A stretch of DNA of 64,000 nucleotides from Marmoricola sp. (GTDB lineage Bacteria > Actinomycetota > Actinomycetes > Propionibacteriales > Nocardioidaceae), in contig JAOPXP010000093.1 in NCBI GenBank assembly GCA_025965085.1, positions 414-64,413 on the forward strand, given 5' to 3'. The notes under the pieces were generated by a model. That model ran no database searches and was not told the origin of the DNA. It was given only the letters and a program-made list of their open reading frames with translations. A program made the position numbers and the translations under genes. Below, one piece after another: positions 19,575 through 28,208 of this stretch. Every line of letters starts with the position of its first letter. Position 1 is the first letter of the stretch.

Positions 19575-21475
19575 TGACAGGCACGATCCGCCTCACGACC
19601 GCGCAGGCACTGGTCCGCTGGATGATCGCCCAGCGCTCCCAGCTCCTCGACGGCACCGAGGTCCCCCTGTTCGCAGGGGTCATGGCCATCTTCGGCCACG
19701 GCAACGTCCTGGGACTGGGCACCGCCCTCCACGACGCCCGCGGGGAGCTGCCCACCTGGCGGGGCCAGAACGAGCAGGGGATGGCGCTGGCCGCCGTCGC
19801 CTACGCTCGCGCGACCGACCGCCGACAGGTGATGGCGGCGACGAGCTCGGTCGGTCCGGGTGCGTTGAACATGGTCACGGCCGCCGGGGTGGCGCACGCC
19901 AACCGGCTTCCGCTGCTGCTGCTGCCCGGTGACACCTTCGTCGGGCGTGCCCCCGACCCGGTGCTGCAGCAGGTGGAGCACTTCGGCGACCCGACGACCT
20001 CGGTGAACGACGCCTTCCGGCCGGTGTCACGGTATTTCGACCGCATCACCCGCCCCGAGCAGCTGCTCGGCACGCTGCCCCAGGTCGCCCGCGTGCTCAC
20101 TGACGCCGCCGATGTCGGCCCGGTCACGCTCGCCCTGCCCCAGGACGTCCAACCCGAGGAGTACGACTTCCCCGAGGCCATGTTCGTCCCCCGCCTGCAC
20201 GTGGTGCAGCGACTGCGTCCCGACAGGACGGCACTCGCAGCGGCCGTCACGAGCCTGCGCGCCGCCGAACGCCCACTGCTCGTGATCGGCGGGGGCGTGC
20301 GCTACTCCGGTGCCGCCGCGGAGGTGCTGGCGTTCGCCGAGACCCACGGCGTGCCGGTGGTCGAGACCCCGGCCGGCCGCACGCTGGTGCCGCACGAGCA
20401 CCGGCTGTACGGCGGTGCGCTCGGCATCATCGGATCGACCTCTGCCAACGAGCTCGCTGCCCAGGCCGACGTGGTCCTGGCGGTCGGCACCCGGCTGCAG
20501 GACTTCACGACCTCGTCGTGGACCGGGTTCGCCCCGGGGGTCCGCATCGTCACGGTGAACGCGGCCTCGTTCGACGCGGTGAAGCACTCGGCGACCGCGG
20601 TGGTCGGCGACGCTCGCGAGACCCTCACGGAGCTGTCGTCGGCCCTGCCCGGATGGCAGGCGGACCGTGCGTGGACGGACGCAGCCGTGGCCAGGAAGGC
20701 GAGCTGGGACGCCCACGTCGACGAGCTGAGACAGGGCACGGCACCCGGCGGTGCCCTCACCTACGCGCAGGTGGTGGGGGTGGTCAACGACGCGAGCACG
20801 ACCGACGACTACGTGCTGACCGCGTCCGGTGGCATGCCGGGCGAGCTGCACGGCGGATGGCGCACCGGGATCGTCAAGCCGGACGCCGGGCCCACGTCGG
20901 GAGCGACCATGGACCTGGAGTACGGCTTCTCCTGCATGGGCTACGAGGTCGTGGGCCCATGGGGCGCAGCGATGGCCCGCCAGCAGACCCATCCCGACGG
21001 CCTGGTCACCGGCCTCTTCGGCGACGGCTCCTACCTGATGCTCAACTCCGAGCTGTACTCCGCTGCGTTCGCCGGTCATCCCTACGTCGCGGTGCTCTGC
21101 GACAACGGCGGGTTCGCAGTGATCCACCGGCTGCAGACCAACCAGGGTGCGGACGGCTTCAACAACATGCTGGCCGACTCTCGCGGACCCGGAGCCGACG
21201 GCAGCGTCCGCGTCGACTTCGCCGCGCACGCGCGCTCGTTGGGCTGCACCGTCGAGGACGTTCCCGACGGGTCGGGCGTCGAGGAGCTGCGTACGGCGTA
21301 CATGCGTGCGCGCCTGGCGGCCCGGGACACCCGCCGGCCAGCGGTGGTGGTGTGCCGCACGCACCCGTCGACGTGGACGGAGGCGGGTGCCTGGTGGGAG
21401 ACAGGCGTGCCGGCGTCCCTGTCGGGGCGGGCCTCCTATGTCGAGGCGAAGGACAGGCAGCTGCGTTGGCTGTGA
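19571..21475 (+). CDS. iolD: 3D-(3,5/4)-trihydroxycyclohexane-1,2-dione acylhydrolase (ThDP-dependent)
   Basis: 'IRLTTAQALV', 'IFGHGNV', 'QNEQGMA', 'LEYGFSCMGYE', 'GDGSYLMLNSE'. Confidence 0.93.
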   Translation: MMTGTIRLTTAQALVRWMIAQRSQLLDGTEVPLFAGVMAIFGHGNVLGLGTALHDARGELPTWRGQNEQGMALAAVAYARATDRRQVMAATSSVGPGALNMVTAAGVAHANRLPLLLLPGDTFVGRAPDPVLQQVEHFGDPTTSVNDAFRPVSRYFDRITRPEQLLGTLPQVARVLTDAADVGPVTLALPQDVQPEEYDFPEAMFVPRLHVVQRLRPDRTALAAAVTSLRAAERPLLVIGGGVRYSGAAAEVLAFAETHGVPVVETPAGRTLVPHEHRLYGGALGIIGSTSANELAAQADVVLAVGTRLQDFTTSSWTGFAPGVRIVTVNAASFDAVKHSATAVVGDARETLTELSSALPGWQADRAWTDAAVARKASWDAHVDELRQGTAPGGALTYAQVVGVVNDASTTDDYVLTASGGMPGELHGGWRTGIVKPDAGPTSGATMDLEYGFSCMGYEVVGPWGAAMARQQTHPDGLVTGLFGDGSYLMLNSELYSAAFAGHPYVAVLCDNGGFAVIHRLQTNQGADGFNNMLADSRGPGADGSVRVDFAAHARSLGCTVEDVPDGSGVEELRTAYMRARLAARDTRRPAVVVCRTHPSTWTEAGAWWETGVPASLSGRASYVEAKDRQLRWL

Positions 21476-22635
21476 GGACCGTCGGCGTCGGGGTCGTCGG
21501 TGCGGGCTGGATGGGCCGCGTGCACGCGGCCTCCTACTCCCGACTGACGCACCACTACCCGGACCTCGGTGTGCGCGCGCGGCTGCTGGCCGTCGCCGAC
21601 CCCGTCGAGGAGCTCCGGCTCGAGGCCGTCCAGCGCTTCGGCTTCGAGCGGGCCCACGAGGACTGGCGCGAGCTGGTCGCCGACCCGGACGTCGAGGTGG
21701 TCAGCGTGACCACCCCGACGTTCCTGCACGCGGAGATCGGTGAGGCGGTCGCCCGGGCCGGCAAGAACCTCTGGATCGAGAAACCGGTCGGGCTCGCGCC
21801 GGCGGACACGCAGCGCGTGGGGGATGCGGTGTCCGAGGCCGGCGTGGTCGGCCGCGTGGGGTTCAACTACCGGCTCGTCCCCGCGGTCGCCCGAGCCCGG
21901 TCCCTGGTGCGGTCGGGGTCGATCGGGACGGTCACCCACGCACGGTTCCGGCTGCTCACCGACTACGCGGCGCATCCGGGCGGCGTGCTCTCCTGGCGCT
22001 TCGAGGACGCGCGTGGGGGCGACGGCGTGGTCGGAGACCTCGTGTCGCACGGGGTCGACCTCGTCCGCCACCTCCTCGGCGAGGTGGAGCGGGTGGTGGC
22101 CGACAGCGCGGTGTTCATCGCGTCGCGGCCCCTGCCCACGGGTGCGGGCAGCCACTACGCGGTCGCCGAGGGTGGACCCGTCGGCAAGGTCGAGAACCTC
22201 GACTACCTGTCCGCGCTGATGCGTACCCACGCGGGGGCTCCGGTCCAGCTCGAGGCCAGCCGGGTCGCGGTCGGCGACCAGAACAACTACGGGTTCGAGA
22301 TCCGCGGCACCCGCGGCAGTGTCGCCTGGGACTTCCGCCGGATGGGCGAGCTGTGGGTGTCGTCCGGGGAGGACTACCAGAACCAGCCCCTCACCCTCTC
22401 GCTGGCCGGCCCGGGTGACGGGGACTACGGGCGGTTCCAGCCCGGCGCGGGCATCGCCATGAGCTATGACGACACGAAGGTGGCCGAGTGTGCCGACCTG
22501 ATGGCGGCAGTCGTCGGGACCGGCGGGCCGGGAGCTGGTGCCACGCTCCCGGACGCCGTCGCTGCCGCCGAGATCATGGCGGCTCTCAAGGACTCCGCGG
22601 AGTCGCAGAGCTGGCGCCAGATTGCTCCGCGGTAG
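21472..22635 (+). CDS. Gfo/Idh/MocA family oxidoreductase (additional inositol dehydrogenase)
   Basis: 'GVVGAGWMG', 'WIEKPVG', 'GDLVSHGVD'; GTGA overlap with iolD. Confidence 0.88.
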   Translation: MRTVGVGVVGAGWMGRVHAASYSRLTHHYPDLGVRARLLAVADPVEELRLEAVQRFGFERAHEDWRELVADPDVEVVSVTTPTFLHAEIGEAVARAGKNLWIEKPVGLAPADTQRVGDAVSEAGVVGRVGFNYRLVPAVARARSLVRSGSIGTVTHARFRLLTDYAAHPGGVLSWRFEDARGGDGVVGDLVSHGVDLVRHLLGEVERVVADSAVFIASRPLPTGAGSHYAVAEGGPVGKVENLDYLSALMRTHAGAPVQLEASRVAVGDQNNYGFEIRGTRGSVAWDFRRMGELWVSSGEDYQNQPLTLSLAGPGDGDYGRFQPGAGIAMSYDDTKVAECADLMAAVVGTGGPGAGATLPDAVAAAEIMAALKDSAESQSWRQIAPR

Positions 22636-22847
22636 TCCCGTCACTCGGGCACCGACCCTGGGGGCCTGTGGGATCACGCCGGACTGCGACGGGGTGCGCC
22701 GAGAACCAGCGGCTTCCGGGCACGCCGGAAGGTGAGTGGGCCGCCTCGGAGGGAGGCAGAAGTGCCCGGCGCCAAACGTTCACCCGCGTGCCACCATGGA
22801 GGGTCATCCGGCAGACAGCCGCATGATCGCGGGAGAGGACACATGAC

Positions 22848-23102
22848 ATGACCTCGTCAGAGGCAACACCGACAGGCTCAGAGCCGGACGTGGGTCTACG
22901 TGTCGAGCTCAGCCGAGTGGAGGCCGAGCTGTCCGAGCTGCTCCGGGAGGCGCACGAGGTGCGCGCCCAGCTGACGGACGAGGGCGCGATGGACAGCGCG
23001 GACCGTTCGTCGATCATCACGCAGGCCGAGCAGCTCGAGGCCATTGCCGCCGAGCTCGAGCAGCGCCGGGAAGGATTGCTTGCCCGGCTCAAGGAGTCCT
23101 GA
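22848..23102 (+). CDS. Small acidic coiled-coil hypothetical protein (84 aa)
   Basis: GGAGAGGA RBS; heptad helices flanking 'DSADRSS'; typical high-GC codon usage. Confidence 0.7.
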   Translation: MTSSEATPTGSEPDVGLRVELSRVEAELSELLREAHEVRAQLTDEGAMDSADRSSIITQAEQLEAIAAELEQRREGLLARLKES

Positions 23103-23110
23103 TAGGCGGG

Positions 23111-23185
23111 TCAGAGCATCTCGAGCGGTCGAGCCGGGCGCGCTGGCGGGAAGGCTGCGTCGAGTGCCCTCGGGTCGTCCTGACG
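23111..23185 (-). pseudogene. C-terminal relic of a YeaE-like aldo/keto reductase
   Basis: Translates 'RQDDPRALDAAFPPARPARPLEML*', like the 'LDAAFPPP..PLEML' end of this AKR subfamily; no upstream catalytic domain. Confidence 0.5.
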
Positions 23186-23298
23186 GCAGGCGGATCTCGG
23201 GGACGGTGGCACCGGCATACCGGCATACCGGCTCCTCGGGTCTTCGGGGTACGTGAACACGGGATGTGGCTCCGTGTCGTCGCCCCTAGCGTTGCAGG

Positions 23299-24171
23299 AT
23301 GGCCGTGAGCGTTGGTCTGGTCGGAGCAGGCAGGCGTGCCGCTGACGTGCACGCGCCCGCCATGGCGGCCTGCCCCGACATCGACTTCGTAGGAGTGTGG
23401 ACGCGCAGGCCGGCAGCTGCCGAGGCACTGGCGAAGAGGTACGGCGTGCAGCCGTTCGAGCAGTTCCACGACCTGCTCACGCGCTGTGACGCGGTGTCGT
23501 TCGCCGTGCCGCCGACCGTGCAGAGCGAGCTCGCCGGCCTCGCGGCAAGGCATGGCAGGAGTGTGCTGCTGGAGGTGCCGATCGGGTGGGACATCGCCGG
23601 CTCCGAGGCCCTCGCCAAGCACGTCATCGCCGCGGGCGTCGCCTCGCAGGTCGCGTTCAGCTGGCACTACAAGGAGACGGTGCGGCAGTTCCTCCAGACC
23701 CAGGCTGCGAACACGGAGACGTTGGGTGCTCGGGGACGGATCGTGCGTGCTGACCCGCACCCGCGCCGGGAGACCAGCCAGTGGCGGCTCGAGCGTGGCG
23801 TGCTCTTCGACCCGGGTCCCCACGTGTGCGAGTTCCTCGATGCCGCCCTGGGGCCGATCGTCGGTGTGGAGGCGGCCCAGGAGCTCAGCGGGTCGGTGAG
23901 CCTGAAGATGGAGCACCAGGTCGGCCGTTCCTCGGAGTCTTTCCTCGGCTCCGACACGGGGACCGATCAGGATCGCGCCGAGTTCGAGTTCTACGGCCCC
24001 GGGGAGAGCACCTTCGTCGACTGTTCCGGGGGCGTGGCCGACTACGCCCGCATGTTCGCAGAGTTCGCCCGCGCTGTGAGCACCGGAGAGCCACACGAGC
24101 TCGACGTCCGCCGGGGCCTGCACATCCAGCGGGTGATCGAGGCGGCCGACACAGACCTTTTGGGTGGATGA
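23299..24171 (+). CDS. Divergent Gfo/Idh/MocA family oxidoreductase
   Basis: 'GLVGAG', 'FAVPPTVQ', 'GVLFDPGPH'; EKP replaced by 'EVP'; TAGCGT-N6-ATG leaderless start. Confidence 0.8.
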   Translation: MAVSVGLVGAGRRAADVHAPAMAACPDIDFVGVWTRRPAAAEALAKRYGVQPFEQFHDLLTRCDAVSFAVPPTVQSELAGLAARHGRSVLLEVPIGWDIAGSEALAKHVIAAGVASQVAFSWHYKETVRQFLQTQAANTETLGARGRIVRADPHPRRETSQWRLERGVLFDPGPHVCEFLDAALGPIVGVEAAQELSGSVSLKMEHQVGRSSESFLGSDTGTDQDRAEFEFYGPGESTFVDCSGGVADYARMFAEFARAVSTGEPHELDVRRGLHIQRVIEAADTDLLGG

Positions 24172-24320
24172 CCGCAGGCGAAGCGTCGCCTGGTGATGGT
24201 CGAGTCATGGTCCGGTGATGGTCCCGGGTGTTCCGCCGCAGCACCGACCGGCCACCAGAGACCACCACGCTCGCACCCCACCAGCCTCCGGCATCCCCGC
24301 GTCCGGGGGTCCGCCTCGGA

Positions 24321-26774
24321 TCAGACGTGGATCCGCTCCCCGTCCGGGTCGAGCAGCGGCCGCAGGGAGACCGCGACCGGCTCCCGGACCCCGTTGACGT
24401 CGACCTCGTAGCTTCCGCGGGTGACCCAGTCGCGGTCGAGGACTCCACCGGCGGGGTCGGCGGCGTACGCCAGACCGACGCAGGCGCCGAGGGCCTCGCC
24501 CCAGGCCGCCGAGACGACCTGTCCGGCGGCGACACCGTCGCGCAGGAGGGGCTCGCCGCCCCAGAGCATGGGCTCGCGGCTCCCGAGGACGAAGGACACC
24601 AGGCGTCGACGGGGCCCCTCCGCCTTGGCCTTCTCCACCGCTGCGCGGCCGAGGAAGTCGATGTCGGTCCGGAGCTTGCAGGTGAACAACAGCCCTGCCT
24701 CCACGGGGTTGTGGTCCGGGGTGAGCTCACGACCGAACGCGCGGTAGCCCTTCTCGAGCCTCATCGACTCGATCGCGTAGTAGCCGCCGTTGACGACACC
24801 GAGGTCCTTCCCGGCCGAGTGCAGGTCCTCATAGACACCGACGGCGAACTCGGTGGGGACGTAGAGCTCCCAACCCAGCTCGCCGACGTAGGTGATCCGC
24901 GTGGCGCGGACGGTCGAGTAGCCGAGCGAGATCTGCCGGCTGGTGCCGAACGGGAAGGCGTCGTTGCCCAGGTCCGTGCGGGTGAGACGGGAGAGCAGCT
25001 CCCGTGACCGCGGACCCATCACCCCGAGCACGGCGTACGACGAGGTGACGTCGACCAGCGTCGCGCGGAGGTCGCCGATCCGCCGGCGGATGTGGTCCTT
25101 GTCGCGCTCAGTGGTCGCGGCGCTGCTGACGATGAGGTACTCGTCGGGCGCCACCCGGGTGAGCGTCACGTCGGACTCGTAGGTGCCTCGCTCGTTCAAC
25201 ATGCCCGTGTAGACGGTGCGTCCGACGGGAACCGCGACGTCGGCGGTGCACAACCACTGCAGCAGGGCTTCGGCATCCGGGCCGGTCAGCCGGAGCTTGG
25301 AGAAGGACGTCTGGTCGAAGACGGTCACGTTCTCTCGGGTGTTCGCCTGCTCGGAGGCCGACCAGGGCAGCCAGTTCTGCTTGCCCCAGGAGTACTCGAT
25401 CTCGGGCGAGGCGCCGGGTGGTGCGAAGAAGTTGGCGCGCTCCCAGCCCATCCGGCTTCCGAAGTTGGCGTTGGCGCGCTCGAGGTGCGAGTAGACGGGG
25501 GAGCGGCGGAAGGGCCGCGCCGTGCGCATCTCGCGGTTGGGCCACGGGATCTCGTAGTGCAGCCCCAGGACTTCGGCGACCCGGTCGTGGAGCCACTGGT
25601 GGTTGCCGTTGAACGCTGCGAACCGTCTGATGTCGACAGCCGTGAGGTCCGTCGTCGGACCGCCCTCGACGATCCACTCCGCCAGGGCCCGGCCGGCGCC
25701 GCCGGCCGAGGCGATGCCGACGGAGTTGAAGCCCGCGCCCACGAAGAAGTTCCGCACCTCGGGTGCCTCACCCACGATGAACTGGTTGTCGGGCGTGAAG
25801 CTCTCGGGACCGTTGTAGAACTTGCGGACTCCGGTCTCGCCCAGCGCAGGGATCCGGAGGATCGCGTTCTCCATCAGGACCGAGAAGTGGTCCCAGTCCT
25901 CCTCGAGCAGCTGGAACTCGAAGGGATGGGGGATCCGGTCGGGCGCCACCCACGGCTTTGCCTCGGGCTCGAAGCCGCCGACGACCAGGCCGCCGACCTC
26001 CTCCTTGAAGTAGGTGTAGCCGTCCGGGTCCCGCAGCACCGGCAGGTCCGGGTGCACGCCGTCGATGGGGTCGGTGACCACGTAGAAGTGCTCGGCGGAG
26101 TGCAGCGGCACGTTGACCCCGGCCATCGCGCCGACGGCGTTGGCCCACTGCCCCGCGCAGTTGACGACGATCTCTGCCTCGATGTCACCCGCGTCGGTGC
26201 GTACGCCGGTGACCCGCTCGTCCGCGACGAGCACGTCCAGCACCCGGGTGTGCTCGAAGACCTGCGCACCGCCCCTGCGGGCGCCCCGGGCCAGGGCCGA
26301 GGTCAGGTCGGTCGGGTTGGCCTTGCCGTCGCCGGGCAGCCAGATGGCCCCGACGAGGTCGTCCGTGCGGAGCACCGGGTAGCGCTCGAGCGTCTGCTCG
26401 GGTGACAGCAGCTCGCACTCGAGGTCGAAGGCCTCCGCGGTCGCCGCCGTACGCCGGAGCTGGGTCATCCGGTCCTCGGTGCGGGCGACCGTGACCCCGC
26501 CGCAGCGCTTGTAGCCCGTGGACAGACCGACCTCCGCCTCCAACGAGGAGTAGAGCTCGGTCGAGTACTGCACCAGGCGGGTCCCACTCTGGTTCGCGCG
26601 GAGCTGTCCGACCAGACCCGCGGCGTGCCACGTCGTACCCGAGGACAGCTGGCCCTGCTCGAGCAGCACGACGTCGGTCTCGCCGAGCCCGGTCAGGTGG
26701 TAGGCCACGCTGGTCCCGATCACCCCGCCGCCGATGATCACGATGCGCGCCCGGTCCGGGATCTGCTTGCTCAC
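24321..26774 (-). CDS. GcvT-family FAD-dependent oxidoreductase (dimethylglycine/sarcosine dehydrogenase or 4-methylaminobutanoate oxidase-like)
   Basis: 'IIGGGVIG', flavinylation motif 'TTWHAAGLV', 'NGPESFTPD', folate domain 'DQTSFSK', 'SMRLEKGYR'. Confidence 0.9.
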   Translation of the reverse strand: MSKQIPDRARIVIIGGGVIGTSVAYHLTGLGETDVVLLEQGQLSSGTTWHAAGLVGQLRANQSGTRLVQYSTELYSSLEAEVGLSTGYKRCGGVTVARTEDRMTQLRRTAATAEAFDLECELLSPEQTLERYPVLRTDDLVGAIWLPGDGKANPTDLTSALARGARRGGAQVFEHTRVLDVLVADERVTGVRTDAGDIEAEIVVNCAGQWANAVGAMAGVNVPLHSAEHFYVVTDPIDGVHPDLPVLRDPDGYTYFKEEVGGLVVGGFEPEAKPWVAPDRIPHPFEFQLLEEDWDHFSVLMENAILRIPALGETGVRKFYNGPESFTPDNQFIVGEAPEVRNFFVGAGFNSVGIASAGGAGRALAEWIVEGGPTTDLTAVDIRRFAAFNGNHQWLHDRVAEVLGLHYEIPWPNREMRTARPFRRSPVYSHLERANANFGSRMGWERANFFAPPGASPEIEYSWGKQNWLPWSASEQANTRENVTVFDQTSFSKLRLTGPDAEALLQWLCTADVAVPVGRTVYTGMLNERGTYESDVTLTRVAPDEYLIVSSAATTERDKDHIRRRIGDLRATLVDVTSSYAVLGVMGPRSRELLSRLTRTDLGNDAFPFGTSRQISLGYSTVRATRITYVGELGWELYVPTEFAVGVYEDLHSAGKDLGVVNGGYYAIESMRLEKGYRAFGRELTPDHNPVEAGLLFTCKLRTDIDFLGRAAVEKAKAEGPRRRLVSFVLGSREPMLWGGEPLLRDGVAAGQVVSAAWGEALGACVGLAYAADPAGGVLDRDWVTRGSYEVDVNGVREPVAVSLRPLLDPDGERIHV

Positions 26775-26787
26775 GAGGGTTCTCCGC

Positions 26788-27747
26788 TCAGTTGTCGAGG
26801 CATGCCTGCTCCAGCCAGCGATCGAAGTCCGGACCATCGAACTCTGCGATCGCACGTTCGTACTTCTCCATGCCCCAGGCCCAGAAGTCGTGGTCGATTG
26901 TGCTCACGGAGCTCTGGATCGAGCCCCACAGGGTCCACCCGTACTTCGACATCAGCCCCCAGAGCCGTGCGCGTGCCACACGATGCCGGAGGAGCTTCCC
27001 GTCGTACGCCTCCATCAGCTCCTCGAGCTGTTCCACGGTGAGGCCGGCCTCGCTCCAGAGGTTGCCGAGCTCGAAGGCGGACTCGTTGTTGCCGGAGTAC
27101 TCGTAGTCGATCAGCCACAGCTTCGAGCCGTCGTCGATGAAGTTGCCGGCGAGCAGGTCGTTGTTGCACGGAACGGTGCTGGTCGGCTTGACCGCGAGGG
27201 CACGCTGGATCCGCTCTACCCTGTCCTCGAACTCGTCGTAGCGGTCCGGGAGCCGGAAGCCGTGCTCGCGCACGATGCCGAGGTAGGTGCGCTGGACGTC
27301 GAACATGTCGAACTCGTTGACGAACCGCGGTCCCGAGTGGAGCTGGCGGCAGGCCGCCGCCACCCGCGGCAGCTGTCGGTCGTGGCGCAGGTCGTCGTCG
27401 GTGAACGTCCTGCCGTCCAGGTAGCCCACCACCAGCAGCTGGGGCTCGTCGATGAACTGCAGGACGGGCGCCCCGACGCCCGCCTCGGCGGCAGCTCGCG
27501 AGTTGGCGTGCTCCGCGCGCCGGTCGATGGCGAGCAGCTCGCTGCCCGGCTGGCCGATGCGCACGACCACGGTGTGGTCACTGGTGGTCACCTTGAGGTT
27601 GAGGTTGGTCAGCCCACCGGGGAGCTTCTCGACCCGGCGGTCACGGCCACGGAGGCAGTCGACGGCGTCCAGCGCCGTGTCGAGGTCGATGCCCCACCCC
27701 TCGGGCGCGTCAGCGGGCCGCGCGGACGCGCGTTCGTCGTTCGTCAA
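26788..27747 (-). CDS. Choline/ethanolamine kinase-like phosphotransferase
   Basis: 'LPGGLTNLN', 'CNNDLLAGN', 'IDYEYSGNN'. Confidence 0.85.
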   Translation of the reverse strand: MTNDERASARPADAPEGWGIDLDTALDAVDCLRGRDRRVEKLPGGLTNLNLKVTTSDHTVVVRIGQPGSELLAIDRRAEHANSRAAAEAGVGAPVLQFIDEPQLLVVGYLDGRTFTDDDLRHDRQLPRVAAACRQLHSGPRFVNEFDMFDVQRTYLGIVREHGFRLPDRYDEFEDRVERIQRALAVKPTSTVPCNNDLLAGNFIDDGSKLWLIDYEYSGNNESAFELGNLWSEAGLTVEQLEELMEAYDGKLLRHRVARARLWGLMSKYGWTLWGSIQSSVSTIDHDFWAWGMEKYERAIAEFDGPDFDRWLEQACLDN

Positions 27748-27753
27748 GTGCGG

Positions 27754-27984
27754 CTACTGCCGGTAGTGCTCGACCGTGTCGACCGGTCGCGGCTCTGCCT
27801 CAGCGGTGTCCTGGTGGTACTCCCGCTTCGCGCGACGCTGACGCAGCAGGTCCCAGCACTGGTCGAGCTGCTCCTCGAGCTGACGCAGGCGATCGGCGTC
27901 GGGCTCCCCACTGCTGCGCAGCTGGTGCTCCTCCTCCACCAGGCTGTTGATCCTGGTCAGGACGTCCTGGTCGGGTGAAGTCAT
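27754..27984 (-). CDS. DUF2630 family protein
   Basis: 'INSLVEEEHQLR...LDQCWDLLRQRRAKRE...RPVDTVEHY'. Confidence 0.85.
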   Translation of the reverse strand: MTSPDQDVLTRINSLVEEEHQLRSSGEPDADRLRQLEEQLDQCWDLLRQRRAKREYHQDTAEAEPRPVDTVEHYRQ

Positions 27985-28038
27985 GGGGCCAGCATCATCC
28001 GGTCCCGCGGGCATCACAAGGGGCTGGCGGTCGCCGTC

Positions 28039-28131
28039 ACCGGTCTCGTAGTCGTGGAACCAGTCCTCACGGGGCTCGAAGCTCTGGATCAGTGCGTGCC
28101 CGCTCGACTCGGCGTGGGCGGTGGCGTGCCC
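28039..28131 (-). pseudogene. Relic of a UBP-type zinc-finger protein (C-terminal half only)
   Basis: 'GHATAHAESSGHALIQSFEPREDWFHDYETG' matches the 'HA..H...GH...QSFEPGEDW' pattern; Cys-rich N-terminal half absent. Confidence 0.6.
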
Positions 28132-28208
28132 CCGTACGGCGGCGCTCGCACGATGGTGGCCCTCCATCCCCCTCGTCGTACCCACCACGTCTGTCCTAGG
28201 TTGGAGCC

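Noticed and set aside
24172-24320. Short GGTGATGGTC-like repeats between convergent genes
   Set aside because: Two to three degenerate copies of low complexity, no structure
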